NCBI GenBank assembly: GCA_039621445.1
Contig: CP154954.1
Span: 3,291,715 to 3,355,714, forward strand
DNA: 64,000 nt
Direction of reading: 5' to 3'
Source of the DNA: Euglena gracilis
Taxonomy: Eukaryota
In this document: positions 50,470-62,335 of the stretch, piece by piece
Layout of the letters: every line of letters starts with the position of its first letter
Position numbering within the stretch: the stretch's first letter is position 1
Made by a program: the position numbers and the translations under genes
Notes under the pieces: model-generated
What the model was told of the DNA's origin: nothing
The model's input: the letters and a program-made list of their open reading frames with translations, nothing else
The model's database searches: none

Positions 50470-50613
50470 TTACTTCTCTGTGAAGTAGAACACGCCGTCC
50501 CATGGCTGGCCAGCCTCCGTGCGCACCAGCTGGGCAGCCAGGGCGGCCCATGACTTGTCGGACGGGTCCAGCAGCGGGTGGGCCGCCAGCAGCTGCCGCG
50601 CCCGTTGGTGGTC
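50470..50613 (-). CDS. AC gene 2 last exon: DHQRARQLLAAHPLLDPSDKSWAALAAQLVRTEAGQPWDGVFYFTEK*
   Basis: WDG...K terminus typical of the cyclase C-terminal extension; stop at 50470. Confidence 0.88.
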   Translation of the reverse strand, partial: DHQRARQLLAAHPLLDPSDKSWAALAAQLVRTEAGQPWDGVFYFTEK

Positions 50614-53600
50614 CCCGGCAGCGTGCTGTGCTAATTTCACTTGCACCATATTTCCCTGCAGTCGCTTGTGAACCTCCATTTTGTCTGCCCCCCCCCCTCT
50701 GGTTTTGAGATCAGAAACCAGGGAATAAGGTGTTGGGTCCCTAAATCCTGAACCAGATTTTTCGTAATCTAACGGGATATTTTCTGCCTGGTTCAGGTCT
50801 AGGTTGGCTTGGACAACCTGTTTTCGGGGGGGGGGGACAGAGAATTTCTTCTGGTCCCCCTCCCCGTATGGGGTGGGGGGGAAACCCTTGGGCATTTCCC
50901 AGATTGGCTATTTCCGCCCAAACAAATTCCCCTGCACCAGCACAGGGTACACGGCGCATTCTGGACACCGGTACAGAGGACTGTGCCAACCTCGGCCCAT
51001 TTTGAACTATCGCCGGCCGCTGCTCGGGAGCATACATCTCCTTAAGGACCCTGGGGGTTGCTGGGCTATGGCTAGAAATTTGGGCTGGGGGGGCTGGACC
51101 ATACCATTGCTTAGCGACCCCCCCCAGGGGTGAGGGGAGGTCACTTTCCACTCTGACAGAACCAGTCAGTAACTTTCCCCCCAAAAAAACCAGTCAGTCA
51201 CTTTACCCCCCCCCCGGGGGGGATCAGCCACTTTTGAATGCACTCGTGTTGGCAAAGCAATATTGCCAAAAGGTCTCAAAAAACTCCAAAAAATTTCTGG
51301 CGCCAGGCCAGCCACTTTTTCATTTTTGGGCCTACCCTCCGGGGGGGGCTCTTGGCCAGAAAACCCATCAGTCATTCTGAAAAAAAAACCAGTCGGTCAC
51401 AACAACCCCCCCCGGGGGGGGGGGGGGGTAGGTGTTAAGCAATGGTATGGGCTGGACCCCGGCTGGACCTGAGCTGGGCCGGGCTGGGCCGAAATAGGAC
51501 AATTGCCCAAAAATGACCTGCGAAACACAGTTTTGAGAAAAAATGAGCATCTGGCTAACCCCCCTAAAACGCCCAAAACACCCCCAAAAAACACCATTCT
51601 GGGCCAATTTTTGAACACTTTTTTGCCAAAAAAAATTCGGCACTTCACATAGCAGGGCAAGCAGCACCCCCCCCCCCCGGAGGTGCTGTTGCCGCTGGGC
51701 TGGGCCAAAATTGGGGCTGGCTGCTGCAGACCCCCTTGGGAAGGGGGTCTGCAAAGCCTTAAAGAGATGCTCGGGACCCACCCTGTCAGTTTTTCGCGGG
51801 GGGGGGGGGGGAGTGATATTCTCTGTCTTTCCAGAGCTACCCATAGTTCTGCAAACAAGGTGTGACAAAAACATTTTTTTGCCTCCCCGCCGACATCCGA
51901 CAAATCTCTATTGTCGGATATGAGATGGAAATCTGGTTGAAGGAAAGAGTTTAAAATGCCCTGGAAGAATCACATCCAACTGCCCCCCCCCCCTTACAGA
52001 GCCCCTCAAATAAGATATAAACCTATTCATGGCCAAATTCCAGAATTCCACGAATTCAGGAAAATTGACGGGATGCAGATTCCACAAAACACACAGAAAC
52101 ACACAACATGCTTCATTTGCGTATTCTTTTCTTCTGGCATTTTTTCCCCTCATCCATTGCAAAAAAAATAATAAAAAAAAGACAAAGGATGTGGCCTCAT
52201 GCAAGAGGGAGGGAATTGCCCAGGGGAAAGAAGGGGCAGGTGCACAAATGGTTTCTAATTGTTTTGCTTCTTTCCTGCGTTGGCGTGTCCAATATCAACG
52301 CGCAACAGGAAATACAACATGAGGCGTCCCTGGTCTTCCGACCCTGAGGTCCAAAATTTCCGGCAGAAGCACCACTGCCACTGAGCATTGGCAAAGCTGG
52401 CTGTGAGTAGCGGGGGAGTACAGCACAGCGGGCTATTCGCCAGCCACCACAGCGGTGTACGCCTCCTCGTACCGGACGGCGGACCGCAGCAGTGCACTGC
52501 GGTCCACCCGTCTCCAGTGGTACGGCACCTGCCTGGGGGCAGGCCGGAGGCACCCCCCTGCTGCGCAAAGGTGGGCAGGGAGGGGTGACGACGACAGCTT
52601 GTATGGGAATCTCGGAGGAGAGGGGGGGGACCCGTCCTACCTCCAGTTTTCGGTCGCCAAAGATTTCGGCCGTTTTTTTGGGGGGGGGGGGGGGCAAAGA
52701 ATAAAGTTTTTGAAATTTCTCAAAAATGGTGGGAAATCAAAAGAAATGTCAAAGACCTAAATTGAAAACCTTAAAATGCCCTATCTAACAGTATTTTGAT
52801 TTCCCCGCAACTCCCCGCCTGGCCGGAGTTACGGCCATTTTTTCCCCAAAGTTTCATATTGAGCCTCAAGAGGGACCCCCCCCCCTACCACCTTACCCTC
52901 CCCCCCAGGGGGGTGACCAGTGGGCCAATGATGGGGTGGTGTCCAGACAGGACCCAGAAGAACAAATCTCAGGCCGCACCTGAGAACTGCTTCCTGGCCC
53001 CATACCCAAAGACCTGGAAACCCAAAGTCCAAGAGGGTGGGGAGGGAAACTGTGTGGGGGTTATCTCTGGCCGTGGACAGGAGTGTAGACTTCCAGGCTC
53101 CTGCCTGGCATGGCACTTGAGGCCAGGCATTGTGGTCGCTCCTTGAAAAATGCCTGCGGATGTGCATCGTGCATGATTGCATGTGGTTGGGAAAGACAGT
53201 TTCCCTCCCTGGGCAGGCAACAGTGTTGAAAGTCATCGAAGGATTCAAAAGAGTAGGGAGGTGATACCATTTGGATGCGCACACCCAGCTAACAGATCAA
53301 CCAACATCCAGATGAGCTTTTGATGAGCTTCTGATCCTCCCCGCCTTTTCAGACATTATGCTCACGTGGCAGGCGGTGTGATTTTTTTTAGATGTTGGAG
53401 TAAAACACGATTCTTCCCTCCCTGGGCATGAACCGAGGTCATCATGAAGCAATGTTGAAATTGTTGTTTTAAGGTGACATATCCCAAATTTGAACAAATG
53501 TGTGAATGGCTGAGAAGGCTGAAGCTAAAAGGAATGTGATCAGGGGATGGCAAAGCGAGCATTGAAATCCCTGGGTGGTGACTTGACAGGCTTGTAAATC

Positions 53601-56600
53601 TCCCTTGGGTGCTCCATTTCCTCCACGTCCATGCTGACCGCCCCGGGAAGCTCGGACGCTGTTGGGCTTTGTGCCGCGGCGTACCCCATGTACGTGCATA
53701 GCACCTCGTACACGGAAAGAACCTCCCTGGCAGGGGCCAAACAAAACGGAAAATAAAATCTTGAACTGCCCCGGGTTTAGTGTATTTAATATATCAATTC
53801 ATAATTAACACATTATGTGTATTCCTATCCAATTAATTCATGCACTATTATGTGTTTAATATAATTAATATTTTAATAATAAGGACCCAAAGGGGAGGGA
53901 GGGGTTGGTACTCACCACCCGCCCCATAGGGGGTGCCCCTGGGTCTCGGAAGGGGCAACCAGTTTAGGTTTCAATTTTGGGTCAAAGTTTCTAAAAAACT
54001 CTCCAGGGGTTCCTCCCCGAGGGTTGGCATTAAAGATGAGAGGCCTCTGCACAACAAAACCTTGCATGAAGTCCCCGAGAAAGGGTTGGCTTCCAACTGT
54101 ATAGCACGTCAACAATGCCAAATTGAGAAGCAGCAAATGGAATGCCAAAGCCCTCTGCGTCAGAAAGAATGAAGATGATTCGAAGGTACAAGAAAAATGG
54201 CTTGGCCGCTTGAAAAAGGCATACAAATTCGAGCCCTTCAAAATCATCAGAAACTGGAGTTAGCCTGACCTTATATGACTGCCACTGGAAGGTTAAGGCC
54301 TTGTGGGGACGATGGCTCAGCGGGCCTGATAGCTGTTTGTACCGAGGTAAATTGGGTGGGGAGAACTCTGTCGGAGTCTCGGCTCCTGGGCAGCCTTGCC
54401 AGGCACCGTCACCTTTGCCAGCTGCCTGAAATGGAAATCCTCTGGACACGCCTCAAACGTGGACTGGGAGACACAAATGTAGGTCACCGGCAGGCTGCCC
54501 CTCCACATTCACTTGGGAGAGTGTCGCCCCCCCCGCCACCTCCACCATCCCCGACCCCCCCCCCCCAGCACTGACATGAAGAACAGGGTGTCCAAGTGAC
54601 AACCCAGTTCCAGACAAAGACCCCGCCTCCTGACCTCCATTTCCGGACGCTGCACCTGACCTCGTGAGTGACCCCAGGGAGGGGGAGCTCACAGGACCCC
54701 CCCATAGGAGTCCCAGGGCTCGAATTGGGCCAGTCTGGGTGTCGAACCGGGTGCCAAAATCGAAACTCCAAAAACGCCCCAAAAAGCTGCCAATTATGCA
54801 AAAAAAAATGGTGATGAATTTTTTTCATCCAAATGCTGCCCTGCCCGATTTTGGCCCATTTTTGGCCCATTTCTGCACCAGAAAAAAAAAATCCATTACC
54901 GTCCAGCCGCCCAAAGGGTGGCTGGAAAATAATTTAAAACCCTCGTTGATGGGGAGGGGAGGGGGTCCGGGACCGGAAAAAAATCGGCTTGGGGAGGATG
55001 AGGTTCACTTCAGCTTGAGCGGCGCCCTGAAGCGGATATTCTGGGATAATAATAAAAAAGGAAAACCCTGAGATTTGAGCATTGGCAATGCGCACCCCCC
55101 CCACAGAAGGTGGTTCCTGACAAGTGGGCACAAACCGAGGTAAAACCCTCGAGAATGCGAGGGCTGGATCAGGCAAAAACGCTCGGGCGAGATGACAATG
55201 TCACAGGCTGGAAAACGACAACCTTTCCTGGGTGTTTTGCCCTCGTGTTTTCAAACAATTTTTTGGATGATAAAAACACATGGATTGCACTTGGTTGTCG
55301 ATGCCAAATTTTCGGAAAAGCTGTAGAATGTGTAGAATGTGTGTTCCCAACTTCCCAAAACAGCAAGTCAACCTACAAAGAGCAAAAAAAAAAATCAGGC
55401 TAAATTACCATCTTCAACCGCATCAAAACTGACTGCATGGAAAATGCACTTTGTCCTTGAAAACTTTTCCTGGTTTTTTTTCCTGTTTTACCTTCAATGG
55501 GCTTTTTCTTGCCCCATGTGGAAGTGCAGAAATCAGAGAAATGAGCCACGTATTTACCCCCTTCCCCCATGCCTGCAAAAATGTTCTTCACCCTGAAAAA
55601 TACAAAAAAATCATAACCTTAGTCAAGGGAAATAAATGAGCGATGCACAGCAGAGTGGGGAGAGAAACAGAAGGCCAGAAACCACCAGTGCATTCCACCC
55701 CGCATCATCGGATACTATCCCGAACACCTCAACTTGTAAACATCAAGCTTGGCTTCCGATGAAGAAACTACCCCCCCCCCTTTGTTCAACGACCGGTGGG
55801 TGGTCGTTGGACATGGGGCTGGGACCAAAAGGGTGCCCTCCAACCAGGGGGGGGTGCATGGTACCCCACGGCCCCCAAAAAGGCCAAATTTTCCTTTCGG
55901 AGCTTTGTGCCGAAATTCTTTGGGCGATTTTGACCAATTTCTGCCAAAAAGTGCCAAAAAAAAAGGCAATCTGGTCAATTTTTGGCCTATTTTGGGTTCA
56001 AAAAATTTCGGCCCAGTGCTGGGTGCCAGGCCAAAAAATCTGGAAAAGTATCTGAAAAGGTGTCCTCTGACCGGGGGGGGGGGGTACATTCCAGCTCTTG
56101 GTTTTTAGACCTGCTGGCTGCTTGGAATTGCTCAACCCATCTTTATTTGAGTTGGGGGTATGGGGCAGCCTGAGCCCGAATTTCTTGTTCAGCCCTTCCA
56201 GACGGGAGGAAAGGTTGCCGGCCAGCGCCCTTCTTGGGCAACACCCTGATGTTCAGGAACATGGGTGAATGTGCCAGGAGGAAATATCTTTAAAATTCAC
56301 ATGGCGACTATGGCACTATGTTTGACCAGAACAGAAGCTTCCCGTGAATGAGGCATCACAAATATTTTGATGCCGTTTTACTGGGCAATTTGCCACCTGA
56401 AAGGTGAAGATTTGTCTTGGGTGGTGGTAAAAAAACAGCCAATGTTCGTCTCCCACCAGGGGGGTGGCCGTTAGACGGGGGGGGGGGGGCTAAATCAGCA
56501 AAGAGAATATATAAGGGGTATATGGCCATTTTGGGCGGTTTTTGCCCAATTTTGGCATCGTATTTGGCCATATTTTTGGCCAACTTTAAGCAAAATCTCG

Positions 56601-57622
56601 GTCGTTTGTCGCAATCTTGCACACTTACATCAATTGTAGTCATTTTACCCATGTCCGTTTGGGGGGGGGGGGCATTCAGTCCTTTTTCGCGCCCTTTTTG
56701 TGTTTTCAGTGGTTGTCACACCAAAAATTTACAAAACAAGCTTCTGTGAAACAAATTATATCAACGATTTGTCCAACGCTGATCGAACCGACATCGCACA
56801 CAAAACGATCGCATCTGACTGGGGGAGGTTGTTGAACAATCCCAGTCGTTGGACAAGGGGGGCACATCATGCCTCACTTCGGGCTCCCCAAAATTGATCG
56901 AATTGGGGGGGAAATTGACCGGGAGTGACTTTGTAGCACTTCTTTTTCTTGGGGGGGGGATTTGTTACATCTCGAAACATTTCTTTTGGTTTGAAAAATG
57001 TGCAGTATTTCTGTTTCCTCTATTGGGGCAGGGGATAAGTCAAAATTTTTGCACTCAGGACAAAACGGGTCGAAACTAGGCCAATTGGTAAAATTCAGTT
57101 TGAAAATAAAAGTTTTGTGTGTGCAAATTTCCTTGCTGCCATTCGCCTTTTCCGGATGAGGCAGATGGACCGCCTAAATTTTAAACCAAAATATGCTACA
57201 TCATTTTTATGGGAAAATGGAAAAATATAAAGGAAAAAAAAACGCAGCTTCAGTAAGGCTGCTTTTGTCCAGTCACCCTTTGGTGACTAGGCATTGAAAT
57301 TCATCGGTGGGCATGGGTACAGGGTTGAAAAAAACCTGCTAGTTGGACGACGTACAACCGGCCTTGGGGGAGGGGAACCATCCCTTCGACAGGTCTGTCA
57401 GCAAGCCACCGAGCCAAGGTCCAGTTCCAATTTTTGGAAAAGAATATCCAGAAAAAGGCCTTTGACCACAAAAATATATAAAATCAAAAATGCATCCTTC
57501 GCTGAAACTAACAGCGCAGTCACCCATTCAAAAACGTTCCAAAAATCTGCCAAGGATGTGCAAGGAGGGGGCTGGCCCACCCCGTCGCCCAGGCAGGTGT
57601 AGCTGACGCGGTAGCTGCAGCC
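50470..57622 (-). CDS. Multi-exon class III adenylate cyclase, gene 2 (3' part; upstream exons beyond the right edge)
   Basis: Exons paralogous to gene 1 with the same intron positions; ends WDGVFYFTEK-stop. Confidence 0.9.
51031..51769. mobile_element. hAT-like MITE carrying a nested MITE
   Basis: CATACATCTCCTTAAGG...CCTTAAAGAGATG; flanks CTCGGGAG/CTCGGGAC. Confidence 0.8.
51100..51449. mobile_element. Nested hAT-like MITE
   Basis: CATACCATTGCTTA...TAAGCAATGGTATG; perfect TSD GGCTGGAC. Confidence 0.9.
52439..52534 (-). CDS. AC gene 2 exon: RQVPYHWRRVDRSALLRSAVRYEEAYTAVVAG (5' boundary approximate)
   Basis: GC3-rich; donor gaa-TAGCCCGCTGTGCT pairs with AGCACAGCACGCTG near 50619. Confidence 0.8.
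53610..53725 (-). CDS. AC gene 2 exon: EVLSVYEVLCTYMGYAAAQSPTASELPGAVSMDVEEME (3' boundary approximate)
   Basis: Paralog of 1773-1882; acceptor CTG-ccagg|. Confidence 0.85.
54392..54485 (-). CDS. AC gene 2 exon: TYICVSQSTFEACPEDFHFRQLAKVTVPGKA
   Basis: Paralog of 2255-2348. Confidence 0.92.
56176..56216 (-). CDS. AC gene 2 micro-exon: NLSSRLEGLNKKFG
   Basis: Donor gct-CAGGCTGCCCC pairs perfectly with GGGGCAGCCTG near 54491. Confidence 0.9.
57578..57622 (-). CDS. AC gene 2 micro-exon: GCSYRVSYTCLGDGV
   Basis: Acceptor CTG-gggcc|, donor |ggc-CAG. Confidence 0.88.
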
Positions 57623-58052
57623 GGCCCCAGGGCCCGAGAGAGGATTCTGCCGGCAGATGGCCGGTAGAGGGGGGGGGGGGGTTGAAGTTCAGAATATTCC
57701 ACATACCTCGAATGTTGCACATGTGAAACTGCATGAACGCATGCACAGGATAATGGAACCCTCACACTCATAACCCCCCCCCCACTCACACCTCCCCTGG
57801 GCTGACCAGGGGAGGTGTGAGCCATGAAGAAAATGAAAAACCCGGGGACGCCATTTTTGCCGAAACCCACTAAAACCTGATTGTTCTGGCAGTTTTTACA
57901 TGACTGAACATGATCAAAAAACGCAATTCTGACAAAATCTGGAGGGGGTTGGGATTGCTTTGGGGGTTTGGCAAACCCTTGACTTATAAAATACGGCTTT
58001 CCGCTGACCAGATGTCTTTTGAAGCCAGGGGGTTGTAGGTGGGGGCTACAGG

Positions 58053-59857
58053 CAAGCACCTATGACAGATTCCAAATTTTAGCCCGCGGTCGGCTGCGGT
58101 CGGTCGCGGTCGGTCGCGGTCGGCTACGGTCAGCTGCGGTCGGCTGCAGTCGGCTGCGGTCGGCTGCGGTCGGCAAAATAGTCGGCCGTAGGTGGGGGCA
58201 GGCCAACAAAAAATGAGCATATATCACTTTCTTTTGGTCACTTTTGTTGTTTTTGCCCACTTTTTGCTGTGTTTTGGCTGCTTTTGGCCAGCTTTTGCTT
58301 TTCTTTGACCTCCTTTGACCACTTTTGGCCTCTTTTGCCCACTTTTCTCTGCTTTTAGCCATTTTTACCTACTTCCGGCCACTTTCAGGCCACTTTAAAC
58401 GTCTTTTTGTTGCTTTTGACATCAAGAGCAGCCAAATGTGACCTAAAATATGGCCTAAAAGTGGCCAAAAATGGTTAAAATGGCCAAAAGTGGGCAAAAG
58501 AGGCCAAAGAAAGGCTGTTTTGGCCACTGTTTTTGCGACTCCAGAAGCTGCACGCGCAAAATGTTCAAAAAATGATTAAAATGGACCAAAAAGTTACCAA
58601 AAACAGGCAAAACAACAAAAAAAATGCCCAAAGTGGTCCAAAAAAGCTAAAAATGGCACAAAATGGCCCTGCTTTTGGCCATTTTTGGTCACTTTAGCAG
58701 CTTTTGTTCACTTTTGGCAACAAACTGGCACAAAATGCTCAAAATGATCAAATTGGACCAAAAAGAGACCAAAAAAATGGTCAAAAATAACAAAAAAAAA
58801 GGTCGAAAATGGCTTTAAATGGTCAAAAATGGCCCAAAATGGCCCAAGAGCAGGCCAAAATGGCCAAAAATTGCAAAAGTGGGCAAAAAGTGGCCCAAAA
58901 AGATCAAAATAGGTCAAAAATGGGTGAATTATGGTGACTGATGGGCCAAAAGGGGACAAAAGCGATCTAAAACGGCCAAAGGTGGCCAAAAGTGGCCAAA
59001 AGTGACAACAAAATGGGTGAATTATGGTGACTGATGGGCCAAAAGGTGACAAAAGCGACCTAAAACGGCCAAAGGTGGCCAAAAGTGGCCAAAAGTGACA
59101 ACATGATCCAGATGAGCCAGAAAAATCTCAAAATCTGGGATAAAAATGAGCCTAATTCCTCGTTCAGGGGGGGGGATTGATATCGGAGGCCTTCGGAAAA
59201 ATTGCGGAAAAATTGCGGAAAAATTGCAGAAATTGCGGAAAAATTGCGGAAAAATTGATATCGGGTATACACATTTCTGCTTGGGGGGACTTAGAAAATT
59301 TTCAATTGTGAGGTTCAGAACACCGCAACACCCATGTCGATGCAGGCGAGCACAAATCAAGACGCTTGATGTTCTTTGCACAGGTGGGACGACCCAATCC
59401 TGTGACCAGTGGTGCACCTGTGAGAAAAATTGGTAAACTGGGGGGGGGACAACAAAACACAATAGCACACCTGTTGATCCATTTGAAGAATGGCTTGAAC
59501 TCATTGCATCTTCCATCTTCGGTGGTGGGGAAAAAATTCCTCAAAAAAAATGGTGAAAAATTGCGGAAAAATTGCGGAAATTGCAGAAAAATTGCGGAAA
59601 ATTGCGGAAAATTGCGGAAATTGCGGAAAATTGCGGAAATTGCGGAAAAATTGCGGATATCAATTCCCCCCCCCCTGCTCATTCTCACTGAAAAATTGGC
59701 ATCGATTAGAAAAAAAGTTGTGCGGTTGGCTGCGGTCAGCTGCGGTCGGCTGCGGTCAGCAACCCACCTATGACAGTCCTGAAACCTGCGGTGTGCCGTG
59801 GTCAGCTGTGGTCGGCTGTGGTCGGCTGCGGTCAGCTGTGGTCGGCATAGGTGCTTG
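58053..59857. mobile_element. hAT-like non-autonomous element, longer relative of 2405-3235
   Basis: TIR CAAGCACCTATG/CATAGGTGCTTG; perfect TSD GCTACAGG. Confidence 0.9.
59165..59677. mobile_element. Nested element with (AAATTGCGG)n repeats
   Basis: CAGGGGG...ATTGATATC and GATATCAATT...CCCCCTG ends; absent from the homologous site near 3065. Confidence 0.82.
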
Positions 59858-60114
59858 GCTACAGGTAATGGATTGCTCGACGGAAAGCAGTGTTTTCAAA
59901 AACAAAAATAAAACAGCGAGAAAATAAAAGCAAATATACATTTTTGAGCGATGTATCGGGTATTTTGAATACAATATGACGGCACTGTATTATAATTCAT
60001 GTTCTGTGAGCAACGCTATCAGAATACTGAATTTGTATGACATCGCCGATGCAATGATGATGACATAATACCCAAAATTTTGTATATTTCTTGTAAACAT
60101 GGAAACATACCTAT

Positions 60115-60949
60115 ACGTATGTATGCCTTGTATGTACGTTTACAGGTATATATGCACGTATGCATGCATGCATGCATGTCTGTATGTATGTATGTATGTG
60201 TGTATGTATGTATGTATGTATGCATATATGTATGTATGTGTGTGTACGTACGTACGTACGTACGTACGTACGTACGTACGTACGTACGTACGTACGTATG
60301 TATGTATGTATGTATGTATGTATGTATGTATGTATGTATGTATGTACGTACGTACGTACGTACGTACGTACGTATGTATGTATGTATGTATGTATGTATG
60401 TATGTATGTATGTATGTATGTATGTATGTATGTATGTATGTATGTATGTATGTAGGTATGTATGTATGTATGTATGTATGTATGTATGTATGTATGTATG
60501 AATGTATGTATGTATGAATGTATGTATGTATGTATGTATGTATGTATGTATGTATGTATGTATGTATGTATGTATGTATGTATGTATGTATGTATGTACG
60601 TATGTATGATGTATGTATGTATGTATGTAGTATGTATGATGTATGTATGTATGTATGTATGTATGTATGTATGTATGTATGTATGTCAATGTTTGTATGT
60701 ATGTATGTATGTATGTAGTATGTATGGTGTATGTATGGATGTATGTAATGTATGTATGTATGCTGCTATGTATGTATGATGTAGTATGTATGTATGTAGG
60801 TAGTATGTATGTATGCATGTATGTATGTAGTATGTATGTTCCTGTATGTATGTATGTATGTATGATGTATGTATGTATGTATGTATGTATGTTATGGTAT
60901 GTATGTATGTATGTATGTATGTATGTATTTATGTATGTATGTATGTATG

Positions 60950-60981
<32 letters not shown>

Positions 60982-61176
60982 TGTATGTATGTATGTATGT
61001 ATGTATGTATGTATGTATGTATGTATGTATTATGTATGTATGGATGGATGTATGTATGTATGTATGTAGTATGTATGTTTATATGTATTGTATGTATGTT
61101 ATGTATGTATGTATGTATGTATGAATGCATGTATGTATGTATGTATGGTGTATGTAGTAGTATGGTACGGCCTTTG

Positions 61177-61208
<32 letters not shown>

Positions 61209-61991
61209 TGTATGTATGTATGTATGTATGTACGTATGTATGTATGTATGTACGTACGTACGTACGTACGTACGTACGTACGTACGTACGTATGTATGTA
61301 TGGATGTATGTATGTATGTATGTATGTATGTATGTATGTATGTATGTATGTATGTATGTATGTATGTATGTATGTATGTATGTATGTATGTATGTATGCA
61401 TGCATGCATGCATGCATGTATGTATGTATGTGTGTAGGTAGGTAGGTAGGCAGGCAGGCAGGTAGGTAGGTAGGTAGGTAGGTAGGTAGGTAGGTAGGTA
61501 GGTAGGTAGGTAGGTAGGTAGGTAGGTGGGAAGGTGGGGGGGAGGGAGGCAGGGAGGGAGGTGGGGGGGTAGGAGGGGGGGTGGGTGGGGGGGGGGTGGG
61601 TGGGTGGGTGGTGGGTGGGAGGGCGGGCGGGCGGTGCGGGCGGGGGGTGGGTGGGTGGGTGGGTGGGTGGGTGGGTGGGTGGGTGGGTGGGTGGGTGGGT
61701 AGTTAGGTAGGTAGGTAGGTAGGTAGGTAGGTAGGTAGGTAGGTAGGTAGGTAGGTAGGTGGGTAGGTAGGTAGGTGGGTGGGTGGGTGGGTGGGTGGGT
61801 GGGTGGGTGGGTGGGTGGGTAGGTAGGTAGGTAGGTAGGTAGGCAGGCAGGTAGGCATGTGTGTATGTATGTATGTATGTATGTATGTATGTATGTATGT
61901 ATGTATGTATGTATGTATGTATGTATGTATGTATGTATGTATGTATGTATGTATGTATGTATGTATGTATGTATGTATGTATGTATGTATG

Positions 61992-62020
<29 letters not shown>
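60115..62020. repeat. Compound microsatellite (TATG)n/(TACG)n/(TAGG)n/(TGGG)n
   Basis: Direct reading. Confidence 0.95.
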
Positions 62021-62023
<3 letters not shown>

Positions 62024-62335
62024 CCCCCCCCAAAAAATAAGACCCCCCCCAAAAATAAGACCCCCCCCAAAAATAAGACCCCCCCTGGGCCGATCCAGCA
62101 AAAATCCAAAAATAAGACCCCCCCAAAATTAAGACCCCCCCTGACGGACACAAGAAAAGAGCCAAAAATACAGTCTCCCCTTCTTGAAAAACATGCAACA
62201 AACGGTTGAGTTGGAATACATTTCTCGAAACGACATGCACCAGTAGCACAGCTTCACTGTGTGCATGGCCCCCGGGGTCAGGGTCTTTGGCCTCTTTTTA
62301 TTTTGTCCCAATGCATGGCCATCCTCGGAGTGTGT

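Noticed and set aside
52960-53120. One or two possible linker exons of gene 2
   Set aside because: Several alternative boundaries fit and none is well supported.
60111-62249. 712-aa ORF and overlapping YVCM/HTYI ORFs
   Set aside because: Open frame arises from (TATG)n lacking stops.
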